Shown here: one piece after another, positions 51,500-60,280 of the stretch
How positions within the stretch are numbered: the first letter of the stretch is position 1
How the letters are laid out: each line of letters begins with the position of its first letter
From: an uncultured delta proteobacterium
Lineage (GTDB): Bacteria > Desulfobacterota > Binatia > Binatales > Binataceae
Length of the DNA: 64,000 bases
Assembly (NCBI GenBank): GCA_963711565.1
Contig: CAVQEQ010000004.1
Span: 896,001-960,000, forward strand
Direction of reading: 5' to 3'
Notes under the pieces: model-generated
What the model was told of the DNA's origin: nothing
What the model saw: the letters and a program-made list of their open reading frames with translations, nothing else
Database searches by the model: none
Made by a program: the position numbers and the translations under genes

Positions 51500-52182
51500 C
51501 GAAGCATGTCGGCATCGTCGCGGTCAGCTCCGAAGGCGCCGCGCTCTGTTACCGCACGATCTGTCTCGAAGGCGCCGCGCTTCTCGGACTGCATGATCAT
51601 CCGGAGGTCACCCTTCACGGTTTCTCCCTGGGCAGCTATCAGCGCCTCATCGACGATGACCGTTGGGACAGTGTGGGCGAGATGATGCTTGAGTCGGCGG
51701 CGCGGCTCGTCAGGTCGGGAGCGCAATTGCTCATCTGCCCCGACAACACCGTTCACCAGGGACTCGATCTTGTCCGCGAGCGTTCACCTGCGCCGTGGAT
51801 TCACATCGCACAGGAAGTCGCCGGCGAGGCGCAGCAGTGCGGCTTCAAGCGGCTCGCTATTCTAGGTACGCGCTTCCTGATGGAAGGTCCCGTGTATCGA
51901 TCCAAGCTCGCGTCGGTGGGCATCGACCACCGCGTTCCGAACGCCGAACAGCGCGCGCGTATCAATCAGATCATTTACGATGAATTGGTAGGCGCGCGTT
52001 TCCTGCCGGAGTCTCGCGTGTATTTTCAAAACGTTATCCGCGACCTTGCCGACGACGGCTGCGACGCGGTCGCTTTGGCCTGTACCGAGATTCCGCTGCT
52101 CATCAGCGCCGCCGACTCGCCGTTGCCGATTCTCGACTCGACGCGCATTCTCGCTCGCGCCGCGCTGCGTAAGGCGACCTGA
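51496..52182 (+). CDS. Aspartate/glutamate racemase family protein
   Basis: ICPDNTVH and LACTEIP catalytic Cys motifs, LGTRFLME; GTGA overlap with the acnA stop. Confidence 0.88.
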
Positions 52183-52218
52183 GCGGGAAACTGTAGATTC
52201 GCACGTGACGCGTTGCGT

Positions 52219-52524
52219 CTATTGCGTCTGGCTGCCGGCCGCGCCGGAGACCGTCGAGGCGCTCGGCGTGGCGGCGGATGGCGCGGCGGGCTTCAATGCG
52301 GTGTCGTAGCTCGCGATGCACTTGTAGAAAGACGGCATTTTCTGCAATCGCGCCTTGCAGCCGTCCTCGGATTTGAACGTCTTGAACTTGATCCACTGCG
52401 ATATGGGCGCAGTCGTATTCATCTTGTAATCGCCCGACGCGTCCTTGACCGGCGGGAAAACCGGCGGCGGCAGCATCAGGTACCAGCTAATTAACACCAT
52501 CGCAGTCGCATAACATTTTCGCAT
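52219..52524 (-). CDS. Small secreted hypothetical protein
   Basis: Hydrophobic N-terminus, WYLMLPP, APISQW, Cys pair, Ala/Ser-rich tail. Confidence 0.6.
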   Translation of the reverse strand: MRKCYATAMVLISWYLMLPPPVFPPVKDASGDYKMNTTAPISQWIKFKTFKSEDGCKARLQKMPSFYKCIASYDTALKPAAPSAATPSASTVSGAAGSQTQ

Positions 52525-52572
52525 CCCCGATCAGTTACCGATTTTCTCCGCTGAATGCGATAGGCGCGCGGC

Positions 52573-53658
52573 TCACGCCGGCTGCGGCGCGACTGCATCG
52601 AGGCGCACCGAAGCGCCGCTCTTGCGGGTAGCGTATCGGCTCAGCAGTCGCACGACCCCGGGCGTGACTTCGTCGATCGCCTCGCGCCGGAAGCCTACTG
52701 CCTCCGGGCCGCGCGCGCGCATCATCCCCATCATCGACAGCCGCAGCAGAGCCGCCACCGCCTGGCAGTAGCGGAAGCGCTCGAACTCCATCGGCGCCAT
52801 CGCATGGTAGAGCGGCAGGTACAAGGCCGCGAAACTCGCGCGCAGCCCATTGCCCGCGAGGTTGTCGCGCATCCATCGCGGATGCTCCATAGCTGACGAC
52901 GACAGGATCACCGCCGTCATCGCGGCATCCAGATGACGGTCGCCGACATCGGTATTCACCCAATCGATCACGCCGGTCACGCTCACGCCATTCACCATCA
53001 CGTTTTGCGGATGGTAGTCCATGTGCACGAGCGAGTCGGGACTGCGGCGAAATTTTGGCGCGCGCTCGGTCACCAGATTGAGCGCCTCGCGCAGGCCTGG
53101 CAACGGACCGTTCTCGACGCGATTGGCGATTATGGCGAGTACTCGATCGAGCAGCGGGGAGACCGAGGTGGCGCCATCGATCGGCGCGTATGCGTGCGGA
53201 ATCTCGCTCAGGCCCGCGCTCGTCGGATCCAATTTATGCAGCCGCGATTGCGTGCGGACGAACGAAAAAAAGGCCATCGAGAAAGTCTTGAACGCACTCG
53301 GAAAGCTGCGTGCGGCGAACAGCGGTCCGCCCGCCAGGCGCTGCATGATGAGAAATGGCGCGCCCAGCCCGCGATGGTCGCCCTCGAAGGCGTATGCGCG
53401 GGGCACGGGATAGCCGGCGGCGAACAGGCGCTCGATGGTGGCGTGTTCGCGATCGCCTTTGGAGTCGGCCGCGGAGCCTTGATAGAAGCGCAACACCATC
53501 GGCACGCCGACCGGGACGGCCGCGAACCGCTGCGAGGCCGTCTCGAGCGTGAACTCGAAGACCGTCGTCTCCCATCCGCTGGCAAGGACGCTCAAGCGCG
53601 CGACCGGCGCACCGAGATAGGCGGATAGACGTTGCGCGATGTCACGAGGGTCGAGCAT
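52573..53658 (-). CDS. Phosphotransferase (APH/kinase-like) family protein
   Basis: VLRFY, GAPFLIMQRLAG, LVHMDYHPQN, VIDW. Confidence 0.88.
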   Translation of the reverse strand: MLDPRDIAQRLSAYLGAPVARLSVLASGWETTVFEFTLETASQRFAAVPVGVPMVLRFYQGSAADSKGDREHATIERLFAAGYPVPRAYAFEGDHRGLGAPFLIMQRLAGGPLFAARSFPSAFKTFSMAFFSFVRTQSRLHKLDPTSAGLSEIPHAYAPIDGATSVSPLLDRVLAIIANRVENGPLPGLREALNLVTERAPKFRRSPDSLVHMDYHPQNVMVNGVSVTGVIDWVNTDVGDRHLDAAMTAVILSSSAMEHPRWMRDNLAGNGLRASFAALYLPLYHAMAPMEFERFRYCQAVAALLRLSMMGMMRARGPEAVGFRREAIDEVTPGVVRLLSRYATRKSGASVRLDAVAPQPA

Positions 53659-53745
53659 TAGACAAACGCAGGCGGAGAATCCGCGCGAATCGCAGCGTAG
53701 TACACGCGGGAATCGGGCGCAATTGACCTGACACGCGTGTCAGGT

Positions 53746-54918
53746 CTAGTGCGGCAGTTGCATAGAATGCTGCGTGTCGCTGTCCGGCGCTGGTTGCGCG
53801 GGCGGCGGCGATTCGGGCGCCATCTGGAGCGTCTCGTTGGGGAGAGTCTGGCCGTTTTTCTGGTAGTGCTGCTGCACTATCGAGGAGAGCAGCGGTCCGC
53901 TGCCGTTGCCGAGGTCGATCGCTACTTCAACTGACAACCCCAGCCGCAGCGGCTTGTCATCGGGCACCGGGCCTTCGATCACAATCTTGACGGGCACGCG
54001 CTGCACGACCTTGACCCAGTTGCCGGTCGCATTCTCCGGCGGCAGCAGCGAGAACGCCGCGCCGGTCCCCATGCTGATCGAATCGACGTGCCCAGTGTAG
54101 GTGTAGCCGGGATAGATGTCGGCGACGATCTCCGCCTTCTGGCCGACGCGCACGTCGGTGAGCTGGGTCTCTTTGAAATTCGCGGTGACGTAGAGCTTGC
54201 CCAGCGGGACGATCGCCATCAGCGGTTCGCCCGCCTGCACGCGGTTGCCGGCGTGGGCAGTCTTATGTGTCACGACACCCGCGAACGGCGCCGTCAAACT
54301 GGTGTAGCCGAGGTCGAGCTTGGCCGCTTGCAGAGCCGCCTCGGCCTGCATCACGACCGGACGGTCGTAACGCGATTGATCGTCGGTTTGCGTTCCGAGC
54401 GCGGCCTGGGCCTGGGTCAACTGATGCTCCGCCAGCGATTCATCGGCCATCGCGATGCGCAGTCCGGTGTCGGCCTGATCGTATTGCTCGGCGGAGACCA
54501 CACCTTGTTCCTTCAACGACTTCGCGCGGTCGAAATCGATTTTTGCCTGCTTGAGCTGCGACTGTACCAGCGACACACCTGACCGCGCCGCCTGCACTCC
54601 CGCGTAGAGCTCGTCCACCGATTGCTTGGCGCGATCGAGCTGAGCCTGCGCTTGCTGGACCCTGACGTCGAAGTCGCGCTGATCGAGCGTCAACAGCAGC
54701 TGGCCTTCCTTAACCGTCCAGTTGTCCTCGACGTAAACGTTGGTGACCGTGCCGGCGACGCGCGAGGAAACCAGCGCCACGGTGCCGTCGACATAGGCGT
54801 CGTCGGTACCGACGTGGCCCTCGACGTACCGATAGTAGTGATAACCCGGAATCGCGGCGGCGGCGATCGCAATGATCACCGCTACCAACAGTACCCGGCG
54901 CACTAGCTGCGAGTTCAT
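53746..54918 (-). CDS. HlyD/EmrA-family membrane fusion protein
   Basis: TDDAYV, VSSRVAG, VTANFKETQL, GAAFSLLPPENATGNWVKVVQRVPVKI. Confidence 0.93.
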   Translation of the reverse strand: MNSQLVRRVLLVAVIIAIAAAAIPGYHYYRYVEGHVGTDDAYVDGTVALVSSRVAGTVTNVYVEDNWTVKEGQLLLTLDQRDFDVRVQQAQAQLDRAKQSVDELYAGVQAARSGVSLVQSQLKQAKIDFDRAKSLKEQGVVSAEQYDQADTGLRIAMADESLAEHQLTQAQAALGTQTDDQSRYDRPVVMQAEAALQAAKLDLGYTSLTAPFAGVVTHKTAHAGNRVQAGEPLMAIVPLGKLYVTANFKETQLTDVRVGQKAEIVADIYPGYTYTGHVDSISMGTGAAFSLLPPENATGNWVKVVQRVPVKIVIEGPVPDDKPLRLGLSVEVAIDLGNGSGPLLSSIVQQHYQKNGQTLPNETLQMAPESPPPAQPAPDSDTQHSMQLPH

Positions 54919-55084
54919 AGAATGATTTCAGGGACGGGAAGATCCAGGTGCGTTGCTCGAATAGCTCACTTGCTACAGAGGCTAAGTATGACGAATGCGG
55001 GAGGCTGTCAAACGTACTGGGACGATCGAACACTGCGAGCGCAATTCGCACCACTGCGAGCGCTGACCCGACGGGGCGTGCGGG

Positions 55085-55777
55085 TCAGGGCTCGCGGATC
55101 GTCGCGTTAGGACCCTTCATCACGGTCGCTACCACCTGGCCGGCGAGCGTCATGTTGGCGGTGAAAGTGCCGAAATCCTGGCTTCCGTAAAAGGTTGCGT
55201 CCACCTTTCCGTTCGGGTTGTCGAACAGGATCAACGTCGGCGCGCGCGCGTTGATTATGAATCCGGTGTCGATATCCTCGACCAGCGCCACGTAGCGCTT
55301 ATTAAGCGGACCACTGAGGAAGATTCGCAGATCCGGATCCGCCGGCGACGCGAGCGTGCTGAGGACGCCTCCGACCTGCACCGACACGCTGCCAAAAGGT
55401 GCGGTGGTGGATTGGAGAGAGGCCACGTGGGCACCGATGATTATTTCGACACTCAACAGGTTGCTGCTGGTGTTGGTTTTGGTCGCGACGATTCTGGCCG
55501 GCAGGATGTTGTTGCAGATTACGACGCCGAGCGGGGCGTTGCCCTGAAACGTCCACGACGATCGCGTGTCCGACACGGTCGCGGTAAATGGCGTGCCAAC
55601 GTCGCCGAGAATTTGGTACGCCGACAGCTTCGGTCCGTTGGGCGTATTGCCGACGCTACCGGAAAATCCGGTCTGGTTGTTGCAACCCGCGACTGCAAGG
55701 GCGAGCGCCGTCCCGACCGCGCTAATCGACAAAACGCGCACCATCCGCCGCATAGTTCTTTGCACCATCGCGCTCAT
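55085..55777 (-). CDS. Hypothetical lipoprotein
   Basis: Lipobox VAGC after a hydrophobic stretch; beta-rich; ATG 55777 overlaps the corrected stop of the upstream gene. Confidence 0.7.
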   Translation of the reverse strand: MSAMVQRTMRRMVRVLSISAVGTALALAVAGCNNQTGFSGSVGNTPNGPKLSAYQILGDVGTPFTATVSDTRSSWTFQGNAPLGVVICNNILPARIVATKTNTSSNLLSVEIIIGAHVASLQSTTAPFGSVSVQVGGVLSTLASPADPDLRIFLSGPLNKRYVALVEDIDTGFIINARAPTLILFDNPNGKVDATFYGSQDFGTFTANMTLAGQVVATVMKGPNATIREP

Positions 55778-55850
55778 AGCTGCGGCGCAATCGCGTTGTT
55801 GCAGGTGGCCGGGCACGAGCCGTCGGGATTCGTACAGGTCGTCGGGCAAG

Positions 55851-57947
55851 TTACGTTGGGTGTCCCTGTCGCAGTAGGCGTCGGCCCGCCAGTCGCCGTC
55901 GCGGTTGGAGTTGGTCCTCCAGTCGGAGTCGCGCTCGGTGTCGGCGCGGCCCGTTGAATACCGGCGCCGGCGGAATCGTGACGGTCATGGCGTCGCCGTC
56001 AGGTGACGATGTAGGCATTGCGGTCGGTGTCACGTCCGGGTCGGGTGTCGGCAGTTGTTCCCTTTGTACCTGGTAAGTGTCGGCGGGGACACAGAACGAA
56101 TAGTTATTGCTCGCGCTCGGATTAGGCATCTGGTTCTGCACGATGCTGCTCATCAACTGCACGTTGTCTTTCGACAAAACCACCGACGTGCCGAGGTTGG
56201 GGTTGCTGACCACGCCTGTCATGCTGCCGTGACCGACGCAATCGATTTCCTGGTCATCGGGAAAAGTCGCCGTCGCTGTGCCGCATGCTGACAGCGGCCC
56301 GGTAACTCCTGACAACACCGCTACGGTGTGACCCGGATATGGATCGGATTTACCCTGGTACTGATCGATGGTCGTCGCGAACAGGTCGAACGTTCTGGGA
56401 AAAGGCATAGTCGGAACGTTCAGGGTAAAACTGAAAGTGCCGGGGGCCGAGCTCATCACATTGACCGGCATAGGCAGGGCACCTTCAATCGTGTTGGTCC
56501 CGCTGTCTTCAGCCAAAACCTCGACCAGCGTGCTCTGTCCCGAATTCGGCGGGATTATCGGGATACTGCCTGTGATGTACCCCGTTGTCATCGCCAGGTT
56601 GCACATGACGAAATCGGTGCTGGTGTTGCTTAGGGTGCATTTGCCGCCATTTTTCTTGCCGGTGGATGAACTCGGAGCTGCCTGGATCACTAAATTGTCG
56701 TAGCCCGGCGCGGTGACCTCCATCACATAGGCTCCGCTTTTGGGGAGCGTCGGAACGTTGTCGAACGCCGCGGGGATCGTGACCGTCCCCGGCAACGGGA
56801 AGTCGCCGGCGTTGTCGGTGTACGCCGATGCTACCGCGACGCATTGTTCTGGATTCTGCAGGCAGCTAGCCCCGTTGTTGCTGTTTGGTGGAATCAGCAA
56901 TTGCAGGGTCGCGCCCACGATCGGCCTCCCGGTGCAACTGTCGGTAACTTGACCCGTGACATCGCCCAGCGTTTGGCTCCCGGTGACCGTGAAGTTGGGG
57001 GCGTTGCTGACTGGTTGCCCCGGATATAACGGCAGCAACCGCTCCGCCGCGTAGGTATTATCTCCGCCGGCCACCGCGAGGTCATACTGCGTTCCAAACC
57101 CGGGCGGTGCCGGGCCACCCGCCGCAGGAAGGAAGAGGGTGTACTGCCCGTTCTTTACCGGGGCGGTGGCAACCGAGGTGTTGGTTCCGATCGCCTCTGC
57201 CGTCACCGCCAACTTGCGGGTTTTGCCCGTGGTGCCGGAGCCCGTGCCCGGTTTGACGGTCACCGATCCCGTGACGATGCCCAGGGCTGAATTTGGAGCC
57301 GTCGCGCTTGGAACCGTGTTTATGGTGACTGTTACCAGGTACGCACCGCCGAACGTCGTCGGCGCTTGATTGACCACCATCTTCACTTGCAGGAGCAACT
57401 GCCCCAGTGTCCCATTTGACGGCGCGACCAGCCCGCCGGAACCGGTGCTCACCACGGTTATGACGTTGCCGTTGTTCAACGTGATCGGGTAATCGATGCA
57501 GCCATCGGCGCGGACTCCGACCGGCGGCGATTGCGGACAGGTGGGGATCAAGAAGCCGGGATTGGTCGGGTCGAGCAGGATCTCGGCGACGCGGTAGGTA
57601 TCGGGCCGCACATCAGCGGTGTTGAAGAGCTGCGGTATGTTTTGCGAGGCGTTCAGATCAATCTGCAGCTCGGCGCGTTGGTCATTGCCTCCAATCCCCG
57701 GCGGCGTCGGGATGGTCTGCCATCGGCCGCTGCCCGGGCCCGCCTTCCCATTGGAATTGATCCGAACCGCCTGCACATTGAGCAGCACGTTTTGAAAACC
57801 CGGCGGCGGCGTGCCAACAAATCCGACTTCGACCGGCGCATTCTTGCTGGCTCGGGCCGTCCCGGCTGCGGCCGGCAGCAGGCAAATTACGATAACGAAA
57901 GGTAGACTCAGGCGGCGAGCAACATGATGCACAAAAAAATCTTTCAC
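55851..57947 (-). CDS. Secreted DUF4382-like multidomain beta-sandwich protein; probable frameshift near 55950, true end 55774
   Basis: Signal peptide; FQNVLLNVQAVRIN...WQTI...IDLN...PDTYRVAEILL (DUF4382-like); GQVTDSCTGRPIVGATLQL and VTAPGY (CarboxypepD_reg-like). Confidence 0.7.
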   Translation of the reverse strand: MKDFFVHHVARRLSLPFVIVICLLPAAAGTARASKNAPVEVGFVGTPPPGFQNVLLNVQAVRINSNGKAGPGSGRWQTIPTPPGIGGNDQRAELQIDLNASQNIPQLFNTADVRPDTYRVAEILLDPTNPGFLIPTCPQSPPVGVRADGCIDYPITLNNGNVITVVSTGSGGLVAPSNGTLGQLLLQVKMVVNQAPTTFGGAYLVTVTINTVPSATAPNSALGIVTGSVTVKPGTGSGTTGKTRKLAVTAEAIGTNTSVATAPVKNGQYTLFLPAAGGPAPPGFGTQYDLAVAGGDNTYAAERLLPLYPGQPVSNAPNFTVTGSQTLGDVTGQVTDSCTGRPIVGATLQLLIPPNSNNGASCLQNPEQCVAVASAYTDNAGDFPLPGTVTIPAAFDNVPTLPKSGAYVMEVTAPGYDNLVIQAAPSSSTGKKNGGKCTLSNTSTDFVMCNLAMTTGYITGSIPIIPPNSGQSTLVEVLAEDSGTNTIEGALPMPVNVMSSAPGTFSFTLNVPTMPFPRTFDLFATTIDQYQGKSDPYPGHTVAVLSGVTGPLSACGTATATFPDDQEIDCVGHGSMTGVVSNPNLGTSVVLSKDNVQLMSSIVQNQMPNPSASNNYSFCVPADTYQVQREQLPTPDPDVTPTAMPTSSPDGDAMTVTIPPAPVFNGPRRHRARLRLEDQLQPRRRLAGRRLLRQGHPT

Positions 57948-58096
57948 TCGGAATCCATCAATGAAGAATTCGGTCAGCGTTTGGGATAACCTAACGGCTG
58001 TGCGAAGGCAAGAATACGTTGGCTCATTTGAACGTCCAATTAATCACGGAGCTTGACTGATCGCCTTCCCGATCCGGAGAATTACCGCTGCCATCG

Positions 58097-59740
58097 ATGA
58101 ACTCCTCCAATCGAAACGTCCGTCGCTGTCTGTTTACGCTCTTGCTCCTGTTCGGTTTCGCTTTTCGAGTGACAACCGCCGCCGCCAGTTTGAAAATCAC
58201 CACAGGTAATCCCGGCCTCGAGCATTTCGACACCGACGGCGGCGTCCAGCTCGACTTCGGACTCACCGACGAAAACGGCAACCCCGTCGGCAACCTTCGT
58301 CCCGACAACGTGAAAGTCTTCGAGGATGGCAAGGAAGCCAAGATCATCGATTTTCGCGGCGTCGGCCAGGGCCGCCCCACCGACATCGTCTTCGTCATCG
58401 ACGTGACCGAATCGATGCAGCCTTATATCGACGCGATCAAGCAGAACATGATCGCCTTCGCCCACGACCTCGCGGCGAACAACCGCGACTATCGCCTTGG
58501 CCTCGTCACCTTCGAGGATTACGTAGTTTCCCAGTATCCCGACTGCAATTGCGAATATCGCACCGCGCTGACGTCCGACGTGAACAAGTTCATCGGATGG
58601 GTGGGCACGTTGCATGCGGGCGGCGGCGGCGACATCCCCGAGGATCAGCTCGACGGGCTCGCCTATGCCTCGACCTTGCCGTTCCGCCCTGAAGCGCAAG
58701 CCATTCTGATCCTCATCACCGACGCTCCATGCCACAAAGCCGGAGACGGCCCCGACCGCAGCGGCGATCAGGCCTACCGCGACCATCATCCGGGCGACAA
58801 CGACGTGACCGAGATGACCGGCGACAAGGTCGCCGAGATGCTGAAGAAAAACGGGCTCACTCTGTACGCGGTGGTGCCGCCGCCGTTCATCGAGCCCGCG
58901 TACCAGCAAATCGTCGATGCGACCCACGGCCGTTCATACAATATCATCACCGAGGAGGGCCGCTTCTCATCGCTGGTACGCGAAATCGGACATTCCATCG
59001 CCACTGAGTACTCGCTGACTTATCGAACGCCGCGGCCGATCGAAGACGGCACCAATCGCAGCGTCCAACTGAAGATCGACTACAACAGCGAGTCTGGCGA
59101 GGCCGACACTGCGTACCAGGTGCGCGGCCTCGGCGGCGCCGCGATTAACGTGCCCGAGGATGAAGGCGCCACGGCCGGGGGAAACGAGACGGGTACTGGG
59201 CTCAAGCAATTCTCGTTCAATTGGTGGAACGGCGTTGTGCCGTTGATTGCGATCCTCGGCCTGTTCGGGCTGTCGCGAATGAGGTTCGGGCTCCCGGCCG
59301 ACGAACTGAAAGCAATCGTCGAGGCGCAGGGCGCTCCCTCGATACGGATGCCGTCCGCGCCGGCACCGGCGGCGCGCCCGATGCCGCGTGCGCCCGCCCG
59401 GCCGCCTCAATCGCCGATCACCGCGCCGCGCGGCGCGGGAAGTACTCAGGGCGCGCGGCTGGTCGCCGTCGATCGCATCGATCCGGTGCCGGCCGAATAT
59501 TCACTGATGAAGGACGAAATAACTATCGGCCGCGGCGAGGACAACAACGTCGTCATTCCGCACGCCAGCGTCTCACGCCAGCACGCGCGCCTGATGCGCC
59601 GCGACGGCGGCTTCGAGCTGATGGATCTGAACTCGACTAACGGCAGCTACGTGGACGATCGCCAGATCCACGGCTCCGCCTTCCTGAGCGCCGGCAGCCA
59701 GGTGCGCCTGGGAGATATCCGGTTTGTGCTGCAGTTGTAA
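58097..59740 (+). CDS. Signal peptide-VWA-TM-Pro-rich linker-FHA domain protein
   Basis: DIVFVIDVTESM (MIDAS-like), GGGDIPED, LITDA; TM at VVPLIAILGLFGL; FHA motifs IGR, SRQHA, DLNSTNG. Confidence 0.88.
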   Translation: MNSSNRNVRRCLFTLLLLFGFAFRVTTAAASLKITTGNPGLEHFDTDGGVQLDFGLTDENGNPVGNLRPDNVKVFEDGKEAKIIDFRGVGQGRPTDIVFVIDVTESMQPYIDAIKQNMIAFAHDLAANNRDYRLGLVTFEDYVVSQYPDCNCEYRTALTSDVNKFIGWVGTLHAGGGGDIPEDQLDGLAYASTLPFRPEAQAILILITDAPCHKAGDGPDRSGDQAYRDHHPGDNDVTEMTGDKVAEMLKKNGLTLYAVVPPPFIEPAYQQIVDATHGRSYNIITEEGRFSSLVREIGHSIATEYSLTYRTPRPIEDGTNRSVQLKIDYNSESGEADTAYQVRGLGGAAINVPEDEGATAGGNETGTGLKQFSFNWWNGVVPLIAILGLFGLSRMRFGLPADELKAIVEAQGAPSIRMPSAPAPAARPMPRAPARPPQSPITAPRGAGSTQGARLVAVDRIDPVPAEYSLMKDEITIGRGEDNNVVIPHASVSRQHARLMRRDGGFELMDLNSTNGSYVDDRQIHGSAFLSAGSQVRLGDIRFVLQL

Positions 59741-59753
59741 CCCCGGATTGCGG

Positions 59754-59978
59754 TCAGAGCAGCTTCACAAAGTCGCCCTCGGCAATGTTCGCCTGCTTCA
59801 GAATGGACCGCAGCACGTTCACGTTTAGGTCACGGCTCCCGTGGAAGGGAATGACGGCGCGGTGTCCGGTGGCGGGATTCTTGTAAATGCGATGGGAGCC
59901 GGTGCTGTGATGGAGCCGGAACCCGAGGCGCTCGAGGACGCGAATGACCTCTCGCGCCTTGAGGGCGGGAAGTCTCAT
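59754..59978 (-). CDS. hicA: HicA family toxin
   Basis: REVIRVLERLGF, GSH, VIPFH, LRSILKQA. Confidence 0.92.
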   Translation of the reverse strand: MRLPALKAREVIRVLERLGFRLHHSTGSHRIYKNPATGHRAVIPFHGSRDLNVNVLRSILKQANIAEGDFVKLL

Positions 59979-60244
59979 GCACGAGCAAGCAACCTTACCG
60001 CCAGCCTTTCGGTCGTAGCGGCAGGTTGCTCGATCGGAATGTCCTCGCCATCTTTGGCCAGCGATTCGATCAGTCCGCGGATCGCATCGCGCGCCATCGC
60101 TCGCGCCTCCCGCAGAGTGTCCCCCTGCGTCGCGATTCCAAGGACCGGAACCGTCGCGACGTAGCCACCCTCCGGTGCGCGCTCAAACAGCACCGTATAG
60201 CGATAGGCCCTGGCGCGCAGTAGTTCTTTGTGCGGCTTGGTCAT
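59975..60244 (-). CDS. hicB: HicB family antitoxin (short form)
   Basis: YTVLFE...GGYVATVP.LGIATQGDTLREA...DAI; ATGA overlap with hicA. Confidence 0.9.
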   Translation of the reverse strand: MTKPHKELLRARAYRYTVLFERAPEGGYVATVPVLGIATQGDTLREARAMARDAIRGLIESLAKDGEDIPIEQPAATTERLAVRLLARA

Positions 60245-60280
60245 CGCCTTCAGTCTATAAAGAAATCGGCCATCGTTAAA

